Positions 9,213 through 17,462 of a stretch of DNA of 34,088 bases are shown here, one piece after another. Numbering within the stretch: position 1 is the stretch's first letter; every line of letters starts with the position of its first letter. The translations under genes were made by a program, and so were the position numbers. This stretch comes from Treponema sp. GTDB taxonomy: Bacteria; Spirochaetota; Spirochaetia; Treponematales; Treponemataceae. The notes below the pieces were generated by a model, which saw only the letters and a list, made by a program, of their open reading frames with translations, did no database searches and was not told where the DNA came from. The stretch covers positions 1-34,088 of the forward strand of contig JAGACC010000388.1 of assembly GCA_017614295.1 (NCBI GenBank), in the 5' to 3' direction.

Positions 9213-10634
9213 ATGGAATTAGAAGAATTCAGAAAGTCATTTAAGGCCCGCTACAAATCCACAAGCTCCTTTTTCTGCGGAATAACGTTAATGGGTCTGG
9301 ATGCCTTTATCCTCTTGCTATGCATAGGGACAGGATTCTTCATAGTCAACGCCATAAACAATTCCTGGATAAATTTCCGTTCATTTGTCACATACTCAAG
9401 GTATTTGCCACTCTTTCTGATTGTTTTCTATGCGGCAAACCTCTACCCGGGAATTCTTTTAGCCCCCCAGGAAGAAATCAAGAGAATTTCTCTATGCTCA
9501 TTCTTTGGGCTTATGGGAATTGCTATCAGCATAAACGTAGAAGCAAGGGACCGCTGGCCTATAAGCATTGCCCTTTTGCTGGCATGGCCATTCGCTTCCA
9601 TCATGCTGCCCGTAATGAGGGAAATTTTCCACATGGCATTCAGAAATTCAAAGCTGAATTCCGTGCCTGTAGTCGTATTTTCAAAGGGGGATGCCGCAAA
9701 AATAATAGTTGACAGGCTTATAACCCACAAGGAATACATCTACAGCCCTGCCCTTATTATTACTTCTGCAAAAGAACATGCGGAATTCTACAATGACGTT
9801 CCGGTATTCAATTTTAACGATCAGCTGTTCAACCTAATAAAGGAACTTAACATAAAGGTTGCCATCATAAGCGACTATTCAGAGCACCTTCCTCTTTTGC
9901 AGACAACATTCCGCTACCTTATCAAGGTTCCCAAGCAGCAGATTGTAACAAACCTTTCGCTTCACATGAGGGATTTGGGTGGAATTCTCGCCTTTTCTTC
10001 CACAAACCAGCTTACAAAGCGCCGTGCCCTTTTAATCAAGAGGCTGCTTGACATTATGCTTTGCCTAATGGCGCTTCCAATAGTGCTTTTTGTGTCCATA
10101 TTCATAATAATTGCAATCAAAATTGACTCTCCGGGGCCTATCTTCTTTGGCCACAAGAGGGTCGGAAAGAACCACAGGGAAATTAAGTGCTGGAAATTCC
10201 GCTCCATGGGCATTGACTCAGCGGAAAAGCTAAAGGAAATTCTTGCAACAGACCCGGTACGCGCCGCTGAATGGGAAAAAGACAGGAAGTTTACGGATGA
10301 CCCCCGCGTAACAAAGGTCGGAAAGTTCTTGCGAAAGACTAGCCTGGACGAACTGCCCCAGCTGTGGAATATTTTGGCAGGAGACATGTCTTTTGTAGGA
10401 CCGCGCCCGGTTACACAGCCGGAACTTAAAAAGTATGGGGAATACGAAGACTACGTTCTTTCTGCCCAGCCTGGACTAAGCGGAATGTGGCAAATTTCCG
10501 GAAGAAGTGACACTGGCTACGAAGAACGGATTACCCTTGACACATACTACATACAAAACTGGTCCATCTGGCTTGACCTTTGGATTATCATAAAAACAAT
10601 TTGGGTTGTGCTTAAAGGAAAAGGAGCATACTAG
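9213..10634 (+). CDS. wbaP: Undecaprenyl-phosphate sugar-1-phosphate transferase, WbaP-like (priming phosphoglycosyl transferase)
   Basis: Four N-terminal TM segments plus a C-terminal bacterial sugar transferase domain: IKRLLDI, DSPGPIFFGHKRVG, KFRSM, DDPRVTKVGKFLRKTSLDELPQLWNILAGDMSFVGPRP, PGLSGMWQISGRS, YIQNWSIWLDL. Sugar specificity cannot be determined by eye. Confidence 0.85.
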   Translation: MELEEFRKSFKARYKSTSSFFCGITLMGLDAFILLLCIGTGFFIVNAINNSWINFRSFVTYSRYLPLFLIVFYAANLYPGILLAPQEEIKRISLCSFFGLMGIAISINVEARDRWPISIALLLAWPFASIMLPVMREIFHMAFRNSKLNSVPVVVFSKGDAAKIIVDRLITHKEYIYSPALIITSAKEHAEFYNDVPVFNFNDQLFNLIKELNIKVAIISDYSEHLPLLQTTFRYLIKVPKQQIVTNLSLHMRDLGGILAFSSTNQLTKRRALLIKRLLDIMLCLMALPIVLFVSIFIIIAIKIDSPGPIFFGHKRVGKNHREIKCWKFRSMGIDSAEKLKEILATDPVRAAEWEKDRKFTDDPRVTKVGKFLRKTSLDELPQLWNILAGDMSFVGPRPVTQPELKKYGEYEDYVLSAQPGLSGMWQISGRSDTGYEERITLDTYYIQNWSIWLDLWIIIKTIWVVLKGKGAY

Positions 10635-12263
10635 ATGAATATTACAAAAAGCACAAAAAGGCTGCTTCTTACTTTTGCCGTTATCTCTTCAATGGCAGCT
10701 ACATCTTTTCCGCAGGACTTACCGGAAACAGAACAAACAGTTCCACAAGTTTCCTACAGAATAAAGGATGTCAAATACAGTTCAAAGGGTCTAACGCAAA
10801 AGTCAGCCCTTAAGCGCCTCTACAAAATAAGCAAAAAACAGGTCTTTAACTCAAAGGAAGAATTGGACGCCTACATTGCAGACATAAAGCAAAAATACGA
10901 CAACACAAGGCTCTTTGAAGAAACTCAGATCAAGTACAAGACACTGGCCCAGGCAGACGGAATAACACCAGTAGTGCTTGAAATATCAGTTTCCGAAGCG
11001 CACAACCTTCTTGCCCTTCCAAAGCCCAGCTACAATTCAAATGAAGGAGCAAACCTAAAGGTAAAGCTTAAGGACAAGAACTTCCTTGGAACCCTTAGCA
11101 CATTCAACATAGACGTTAACGCACAGTTCGGAAATAAAGATGAGCCCACAAACTTCAGGAAAATGGAGTTCGGAACAAATTTTGACTATGACTATCCATT
11201 CGACATTGGCATAACGGAAAACGCATGGACAAACGACGTTTCCTTTTCTTGGACTTTAGGTGAAGGAATGCCGGAGTTTGATGCTTCTACAGGCCTAAAA
11301 ATAGGAATCCCCTTTGGAGAAGACAATTCATTTAACATCCATGCAATACAGTCTGTTGTCCGCGACTTGGAATACAAAGAATACGGTGATGAATTTTATT
11401 TTGTGGAGGAAGGCGGTATAGACATGCCCCTGACAGTCGGAAAAATCAACAAATTTACGCCTGTGGTATATACACCTTCTGCAACCGTCACCTACAACTG
11501 GGACAAGGACGGAATCTCATCACTAAACGAAGACTTATTAGGACCAACGCTTAAAATTGCGCACTCAGTATCCATAAGCAATGAAAACTGGAACGGAAAT
11601 TTTAGGGAAGGATATTCAGAGTCAATAAGCCAGGGATTCAAGTGGAATTTTAAGACAGAGACCCTTTCCCCATCCGTGGAAATTGAGTCAAAATTCTTTA
11701 CATCCTTCTGGGACTGGGTTGGAATTACGGTTGACGCATACTACTATGTAATGAGGAACGGCCACCAAAACGAGCTTGGCTCAAGGCTTAGGGGTATAAA
11801 GGATGAACAGGAATACAGGGACTTTGACAAGGAAGCCCTTGATTCTGACACAGGACTGCAATTCTCCATTGACATGCCCGTACACATAATCACCACCCAC
11901 TGGATGGACTGGGGATACAAGATTTTTGGCTCTTACAATACGGCTCCTGTTCCCATAAAAATCATTGGTTGGCTGCCTCACAAAATATGCCCCTATCTTG
12001 ACTTTGAATTCCAGCTTTCACCATTCATGGATATTGGACTTACCCATAACTATGCTACGGACATGACCTTTAACTACAAGGACGGATTCTACGCAGCAGG
12101 TCTGGAAGCCCTATTCTTTATGCAGAGGTGGAAGAGTTTTGTTGTACGCGCAAGCATGGGTGTAGACGTAGGAAGATGGCTTGGCGGAAGCCACCTAAAC
12201 CAAGACTGGCGTGAGCAGTGCAAAAAGTATGAATTTACATTTGGTCTTGGATTGCAATACTAA
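10635..12263 (+). CDS. Outer-membrane beta-barrel protein with one POTRA-like domain (Omp85 superfamily-like)
   Basis: Signal peptide; POTRA-like pattern YRIKDVKY..GLTQKSALKRLY...VFNSKEEL...YDNTRLFEETQI...VVLEISVSE; amphipathic aromatic-rich strands; LRGI motif (11787-11798) resembling the Omp85 (V/I)RG(F/Y) loop motif; C-terminal beta-signal YEFTFGLGLQY. Confidence 0.7.
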   Translation: MNITKSTKRLLLTFAVISSMAATSFPQDLPETEQTVPQVSYRIKDVKYSSKGLTQKSALKRLYKISKKQVFNSKEELDAYIADIKQKYDNTRLFEETQIKYKTLAQADGITPVVLEISVSEAHNLLALPKPSYNSNEGANLKVKLKDKNFLGTLSTFNIDVNAQFGNKDEPTNFRKMEFGTNFDYDYPFDIGITENAWTNDVSFSWTLGEGMPEFDASTGLKIGIPFGEDNSFNIHAIQSVVRDLEYKEYGDEFYFVEEGGIDMPLTVGKINKFTPVVYTPSATVTYNWDKDGISSLNEDLLGPTLKIAHSVSISNENWNGNFREGYSESISQGFKWNFKTETLSPSVEIESKFFTSFWDWVGITVDAYYYVMRNGHQNELGSRLRGIKDEQEYRDFDKEALDSDTGLQFSIDMPVHIITTHWMDWGYKIFGSYNTAPVPIKIIGWLPHKICPYLDFEFQLSPFMDIGLTHNYATDMTFNYKDGFYAAGLEALFFMQRWKSFVVRASMGVDVGRWLGGSHLNQDWREQCKKYEFTFGLGLQY

Positions 12264-12278
12264 GCGGACAAAAGCCTA

Positions 12279-12368
12279 GCCCCAATTGGAAGGGCGGCAT
12301 AGCCGTTACCGCAAAGCGGTAATGAAGGCATAAGCCGGTTCTCGCAACGAAGTTCCAAGCGCCCCAAT
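12279..12368. repeat. Palindromic intergenic element bounded by 8-bp direct repeats (REP/MITE-like element or structured RNA)
   Basis: GCCCCAAT at 12279-12286 and 12361-12368. Nested inverted repeats TTGGAA/TTCCAA, CGGC/GCCG, GCC/GGC and a perfect TTACCGC-AAA-GCGGTAA core (12306-12322). Confidence 0.6.
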
Positions 12369-12441
12369 AAAGCGGATAATAATACAAAACTTGACGGTGA
12401 GAGAGCCGGACACAGTAAAACCAAGAAAGCCGTTCCAGAAA

Positions 12442-13662
12442 TTACTGCAAAGGAGCAGGTCCTGTAAGCTTTTCGTAGGAGCGCTCTGCCCTGTTGCGCC
12501 AATAACTTTCTGGCTCGTAATCTTTTAGGATAGAAAAGAGTTCCTGGGCAAAATTCTTGCATCCGCAGCTGTTTGCAATTTCTGCAAAATTAAAATACAT
12601 CTGCCAAATACCGTTTTTATTGCCCCAGCTTACGATGTCGCTGTAGGAAGAAGCATTTTTTAAGAGGTCTGCAAAGGAAGTATAGCTATAATCCGTAAGG
12701 CGGTCCTTTAGAATCTCCTCGATTTTTGTTAAAGCGGTTATACAGCCGAGTGCAGAACAACGGAGAGCCTTTTCATTTTCACCCTGCTTAAAGTAGAAGT
12801 CAGAAAGACCAGCCAGAGCCTTGGTGGAAATGTCTGAATCATTGCGGTACATAAGGAAGAATTTTTCTACGCTATCCGCACGGTTTGTCTTTATGAGCCT
12901 TACGATAGAATTCATATAGGCTCTTTTATTGTGAATATTCTTTGAATTTTCAATATCGGCCTTGTCTTTGGAAGCCTTGCCGGCATTCACAGAAGATTTT
13001 ACGTCTTTGGGCTCTTCGTCGGCATAGTATTTGTCGTCTTTTAGTATGTTCTTAAAATAGCGCTCGTAACCGTCATTGTCGTGCTTGTCTTTTGAAATTT
13101 CGGCGAGTTCATAAAGAATGTCATACTTTAGGTCGGGAACGTTCAGGATGTCCTTTTTGTCATAGGCTTTGTTCATGTATTCTTCGGCCACGGAAGTTTC
13201 GCCTTCAAGCCTGTAAATCTTGCCGATCAAAAAGTCAGACTCGGGGAAATTCTTTGTTCTTACAATAAAATCCTTAAGAAGGGAGTATTTTCCGCTGAAC
13301 CTGTCTTTTCCATACTTGTCCACATAGTTTTCTATTACTTCGATAGCCTTTGCTTGGTTCCTCTGCCTAAGTTCGCTCATTATGTCGTCCAGGGAATCAC
13401 CGGCTTTTCTTACTGCTGCGATTTTTTGGGTCTGCTCAAGGATTTTTAGCTCGCTTTCCACTACCTTTATGCGCTCATCCTTGGCTTTTTCTGCCAAAGA
13501 CAAGGCCTTACCATAGTCTCCGTTTTCAAAAGCATTCTGGGCATAACGCAATGTCAAAAAATAATCGGCTTCTGCATTGGACTTTGCGAACGCAAGCGGG
13601 CAACAAACTGAAAAAATAGCGGCAAAAGTCAAGGAAACGAGTTTTTTTCTAATTGTCTTCAT
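12442..13662 (-). CDS. Secreted/periplasmic TPR-like helical repeat protein
   Basis: Sec signal ending LAFA-K; TPR-like segments (AQNAFENGDYGKALSLAEKA; FLIGKIYRLEGETSVAEEYMNKA; LAGLSDFYFKQGENEKALRC); SD GGGAG; starts 25 bp after the ispG stop. Confidence 0.7.
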   Translation of the reverse strand: MKTIRKKLVSLTFAAIFSVCCPLAFAKSNAEADYFLTLRYAQNAFENGDYGKALSLAEKAKDERIKVVESELKILEQTQKIAAVRKAGDSLDDIMSELRQRNQAKAIEVIENYVDKYGKDRFSGKYSLLKDFIVRTKNFPESDFLIGKIYRLEGETSVAEEYMNKAYDKKDILNVPDLKYDILYELAEISKDKHDNDGYERYFKNILKDDKYYADEEPKDVKSSVNAGKASKDKADIENSKNIHNKRAYMNSIVRLIKTNRADSVEKFFLMYRNDSDISTKALAGLSDFYFKQGENEKALRCSALGCITALTKIEEILKDRLTDYSYTSFADLLKNASSYSDIVSWGNKNGIWQMYFNFAEIANSCGCKNFAQELFSILKDYEPESYWRNRAERSYEKLTGPAPLQ

Positions 13663-13687
13663 ATTTAAACGACTCCCAGGAATAATT

Positions 13688-14785
13688 TTACAATGAATTC
13701 AGTTCTTCTCTGAATATCTTATCGGCATCTTTAGAAGGAATTGTTCGCACTATTTTGCCCTTCTTGAAAATAATGACCTTGTCTCCGCCACCTGCAATAC
13801 CAAGATCTGCGTGCTTGCCTTCTCCAGGTCCATTAACAATACATCCCATGACGGCAATAGTTACATCTTTTTTTAAGGAATAGAGTTCATTCTGCCATTT
13901 TTCCATAAAACCATGCACGTCAAAGCCCAGACGGCCGCATCTTGGACAGCTTACGAGTGTAACGCCAGCTTCCCTTTTTCCGCATTCATGGAGTATCTCA
14001 CGGCCTGCTATAACTTCGTTTTCCGGAGCGGATGAAAGGCTAACGCGGATTGTGGAACCAAGCCCTTCCTTTAAGAGCGTGGAGAATGCAAGCGTAGACT
14101 TTACCACACCGCTTATTAGGGGACCTGCTTCCGTAACGCCTATATGGAGAGGAATGTCGCTTTCTTTTGCAAACTCCTCGTTGGCTTCTATTGTTTCCTG
14201 GACGGACGATGCCTTCATGCTAACAACTACGTTCTTAAAGTCCAGGTCTTCAAAAACTGCGGCTTCGCGCATGGCTGTCTCTGCCAAGGCCTTTGCTCGG
14301 GTCATTCTTTTTTCTTCAACCCAGGCTTCAAGGTCTTTGGGGAGGCTTCCTGTATTCACTCCGATTCTTATGGCAACACCTTTTTCTTTGCAGGCGCTAA
14401 CCACTTTTTCTACCCTGTCACGGCTTCCTATGTTGCCTGGATTAATTCTTATTACAGAGACAGGGCCAGATTTTAGCGTTTCAAGTGCCAGACGGTAGTC
14501 AAAATGAATGTCTGCAACCAGCGGGACGTCTGTATGGGATGCTATTATTCCCAAGGCATTGGCACTTTGCATATCGGGAACTGCAAAACGGATTATGTCG
14601 CAGCCAAGGGATTTTAGGGTGTTTATCTGCCTAAGGATTTGGTTAAGGTGCTCGGAGCCTTCCGTTACGTCGGTAATGCCTTCTTTCCACATTGTTTGAA
14701 TTGTAACGGGATTGTCTCCGCCGACAAGTATTTTCCTTATTCCGCTGAATCCGCCTACTGTAACGACCCTTGGTGTCTTGAACAT
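13688..14785 (-). CDS. ispG: (E)-4-hydroxy-3-methylbut-2-enyl-diphosphate synthase
   Basis: PVTIQTM, PLVADIHFDYRLAL, RINPGNIG, IRIGVNTGSL, PLHIGVTEAG, TIRVSL, and Fe-S ligands SCPRCGR and VMGCIVNGPGE. Confidence 0.96.
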   Translation of the reverse strand: MFKTPRVVTVGGFSGIRKILVGGDNPVTIQTMWKEGITDVTEGSEHLNQILRQINTLKSLGCDIIRFAVPDMQSANALGIIASHTDVPLVADIHFDYRLALETLKSGPVSVIRINPGNIGSRDRVEKVVSACKEKGVAIRIGVNTGSLPKDLEAWVEEKRMTRAKALAETAMREAAVFEDLDFKNVVVSMKASSVQETIEANEEFAKESDIPLHIGVTEAGPLISGVVKSTLAFSTLLKEGLGSTIRVSLSSAPENEVIAGREILHECGKREAGVTLVSCPRCGRLGFDVHGFMEKWQNELYSLKKDVTIAVMGCIVNGPGEGKHADLGIAGGGDKVIIFKKGKIVRTIPSKDADKIFREELNSL

Positions 14786-14800
14786 AATCTTTGCCCCTTT

Positions 14801-14845
14801 AAAATAACAGACTGCCCCTTCCCGTCTTTATGGAAAAGAGCAGCC
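14801..14845 (-). terminator. Stem-loop (probably a leaky intrinsic terminator) after atpK
   Basis: Minus-strand GGCTGCTCTTTTCC-ATAAAGAC-GGGAAGGGGCAGTC forms a 14-bp stem only with G-U pairs on the minus-strand RNA, followed by TGTTATTTT. Confidence 0.65.
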
Positions 14846-14887
14846 TTTTTAGAAAATTGTGAATCTACTATGATATGGTCTGCCGGA

Positions 14888-15340
14888 TTAGAGCTGAACC
14901 ATAAAGCCGAATACCATGCTGAACAAAGCGACTGTTTCGCAAAGACCAACTACAATGAGGTAGTTTGTAAAGCCCTTACCTGTTTCGCCAAGAGCATCGG
15001 AACCAGCAGCACCAGCTTTTCCCTGTGCGATTGCAGACATACACATAGAAAGACCACATGCAATACCAAGACCCAAGAGGAAGAGACCGCCAGTCTTATA
15101 AGTTTCTTCTGTAAGAGCCTTTGCCTTTCCAAGCATGTTGTTCATAAGAAGGAAGCCGTAAATTGTCTGTGTAAACGGAGCACCGGCAAAAGCAACCAGA
15201 AGGGAGGAAGCAGGCTTGTTGTTCAAGTAACATCTTTTCCATGCTCCAATAGCACCCTGTCCTGCAATACCGATACCAATTGCACTTCCCATAGCGGCAA
15301 TGCCCATAACAACACCAGCACCAATCATACCCCAGTTCAT
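14888..15340 (-). CDS. atpK: V/A-type ATP synthase subunit K (proteolipid, four TM helices)
   Basis: GSAIGIGIAG, APFTQTIYG, SAIAQGKAG, GLCETVALF with a single essential Glu; SD AAGGAG. Confidence 0.95.
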   Translation of the reverse strand: MNWGMIGAGVVMGIAAMGSAIGIGIAGQGAIGAWKRCYLNNKPASSLLVAFAGAPFTQTIYGFLLMNNMLGKAKALTEETYKTGGLFLLGLGIACGLSMCMSAIAQGKAGAAGSDALGETGKGFTNYLIVVGLCETVALFSMVFGFMVQL

Positions 15341-15452
15341 AATTAACTCCTTAAGCCCTTTTTGGGCAGTTTATTATTCTATTTAAAGACGGGCACAAAA
15401 CCCGCCTGTTATCAAGTTTTAGCTCTGCAAAAGCAGACATCCGACTAAAAGC

Positions 15453-17462
15453 CTATTCTTCACCAAAAGGCTTTGCACCTTCGCTGAAAGGCCTGTATTT
15501 TGTTCCGCTCCATGTCATTCCCAAGTGAGTTGAGAATTCAAGGGTGTTAAGACGCACGCCGTGAACAATTACGGAAAGCAGGTTAAGCATCATGTTAAGT
15601 CCGTGACCAAACACAAGCAGAACCACCGCAAATATTACCAGCGCCAACTTGCCGAACATAGGACCAGCCATTGAGTTTACCGTACCGCTGATTGCAGCTC
15701 CCGCAAGAGCTACGGCCCAGAGGCGGATATAAGAAACAATATCCGAGAACACGTTTACGATGCCCAAAAGCACGCTGATGATGTTCTTGCAGCTTTCCAA
15801 GACAGACTTTCCTATGCTTCCGTCATAATTGGAGAAGACAAAGCTTAACGCAAAACCGAACAAAATTACACCTATACAGATAATAGGAAGATTTGACGGG
15901 AAGGTAAAGCCGAAAGCCCTTATTGGAATGCCAGTGTCGCTCAGAGGGAACTTGGTGGAATCAATAACCATGTTCATTACAACGTAGAACATGCCCCAAA
16001 GCTGCATTAGGGAACCAAATTCACCTATTGCCTTAAGGCTCTTTCTGTTGCTTACTATGCCCTTTATGTGCGCAATACTAAGCTGAATCAGTGCCAGGAC
16101 AAAACAGAAAACCTTCTGGTTGGTGTTGGCAGCATCTTCGCCCACTGTATTGGCTGCAAAAAGACTTGCAGAAGAAAGACTCGTGAACCAAGCCGGCAGC
16201 TTGTCCGCGGAAATTCCGAAGAGAGAGCATGTGAGTGATCCCCAAACCATAGTACAGGCACCCAAAAGGATTACGAGTACAGGAAGCGACCTTGAGCCTT
16301 TTTTGCTCTTGGAGAAAAGCAAAAGACCCGAGAGAGCAATCAGTAGTCCGTAGCCGGCATCTGCAAAAATCATTGCAAAGAATATGCAGAAGAACATCAG
16401 GAACCAGCCCGAAATATCATACTCATGATACCCAGGAGCTACGTCCAAGAAGTCCATGACCGGATAGATAAGGCTTACAAGCTTGTTGTTGTGAAGCTTT
16501 GTAGGAACAAAATCTTCTTCCGCAGGGTCTGAAACCGCATAAGCCCATTCATTAGCCCTGCATTCACTTTCAAACTTGTCCATTGAGTCAACCGGAACAT
16601 AGCCCGTAACCCAAGCCAAAGAGTTTCCGCTTTCTTCTTCCTCTGCCTTTGCCTGTGCAAGTGCGTCTTCCACGGTCATAGGTTCCAAAGAATCTTTAGC
16701 TTCTTCCGACTTTTCGATTTCGTCACGTTCCATTCCGCTGTAGACATTCTCAAATTCAATGTCTGTTGCAAGAGAATTCTTTAAGTCTGCAAGAACAGCA
16801 CGGTATTTTTTGTCTTCGGTAAGCTCGCTTTCTATCTGAGCAATTCTTGCCTTTGATTCCGCAATGTCTGCAGCGATTTTGTCTGTAGAACGATCCGGCA
16901 CCGGCACAGAATATGCTTCAGGCGGCAGATCTGACGGACGGTCCGTTACTTCCGTTTCCGAAAGAAGCAGAAAACGCGCAATCTTGTTAACGGAATTTAC
17001 CAGTATAGTCTTTGATTCCTTTCCGACAAGGGCATACTTGTCCAGAGGAATTTCGTACATATAAAGGAATATTCCCTTTTCTGCCAAATATACAAAATCA
17101 TCCGGATCCACCGAACCCCAGGAAGAAAGCCTTTCAAGTTCGATTATATCCTGTGAGATTTTATCCAGCAGGGACTTCTTTTTGTCATTCAGGGAAACAA
17201 TTTCCTTTGCCTTTTCGATAGCGCCATCTTTTGAAAGCTTTACCTGAACCGGCAACTGCTTTTTAGGCAATTTTATTTCATCAATAATAGAAATAGCCTT
17301 GTCTGCGGCAGCTGAATTTTCCTTGTACAAAGCAAGAACGGGACCCTTACCCTGGACTGTTTCCAAATGAATCAGCCCCATCTTGCGAAGTTTCTTTAAA
17401 GACTCCTTGCGCTGCGAATTCAATACGACAAGGGAAACTTTTTTCATCTGAACAATTGCCAT
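15453..17462 (-). CDS. atpI: V/A-type ATP synthase subunit I (a)
   Basis: MKKVSLV..., VPTKLHNN, PGYHEYDIS, FFAMIFADAGYG, FSDIVSYIRLWAVALAG (essential Arg), VHGVRLNTLEF; TAATG coupling to atpD. Confidence 0.95.
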   Translation of the reverse strand: MAIVQMKKVSLVVLNSQRKESLKKLRKMGLIHLETVQGKGPVLALYKENSAAADKAISIIDEIKLPKKQLPVQVKLSKDGAIEKAKEIVSLNDKKKSLLDKISQDIIELERLSSWGSVDPDDFVYLAEKGIFLYMYEIPLDKYALVGKESKTILVNSVNKIARFLLLSETEVTDRPSDLPPEAYSVPVPDRSTDKIAADIAESKARIAQIESELTEDKKYRAVLADLKNSLATDIEFENVYSGMERDEIEKSEEAKDSLEPMTVEDALAQAKAEEEESGNSLAWVTGYVPVDSMDKFESECRANEWAYAVSDPAEEDFVPTKLHNNKLVSLIYPVMDFLDVAPGYHEYDISGWFLMFFCIFFAMIFADAGYGLLIALSGLLLFSKSKKGSRSLPVLVILLGACTMVWGSLTCSLFGISADKLPAWFTSLSSASLFAANTVGEDAANTNQKVFCFVLALIQLSIAHIKGIVSNRKSLKAIGEFGSLMQLWGMFYVVMNMVIDSTKFPLSDTGIPIRAFGFTFPSNLPIICIGVILFGFALSFVFSNYDGSIGKSVLESCKNIISVLLGIVNVFSDIVSYIRLWAVALAGAAISGTVNSMAGPMFGKLALVIFAVVLLVFGHGLNMMLNLLSVIVHGVRLNTLEFSTHLGMTWSGTKYRPFSEGAKPFGEE

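Noticed and set aside
3220-12263. Plus-strand block as a horizontally acquired island (A-rich, opposite orientation)
   Set aside because: No integrase, transposase, tRNA or paired att-like ends were seen; the A/C-rich codon endings fit strand-dependent compositional bias. Not computed.
12287-12365. Minus-strand GGGGCG...CTTCA...CCCTTCCA resembling a tRNA-Sec or tmRNA end
   Set aside because: No T-arm (GTTCRA), D-arm or anticodon stem around TCA; it folds as a rod, not a cloverleaf. SRP and RNase P core motifs are also absent.
12260-12562. 100-aa minus-strand ORF across the intergenic element
   Set aside because: It overlaps the TPR gene out of frame, has no SD or recognisable motif, and is explained by the GC-rich palindrome.
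14639-15346. 235-aa plus-strand ORF
   Set aside because: Antisense shadow of atpK and ispG, with atypical composition and no motifs.
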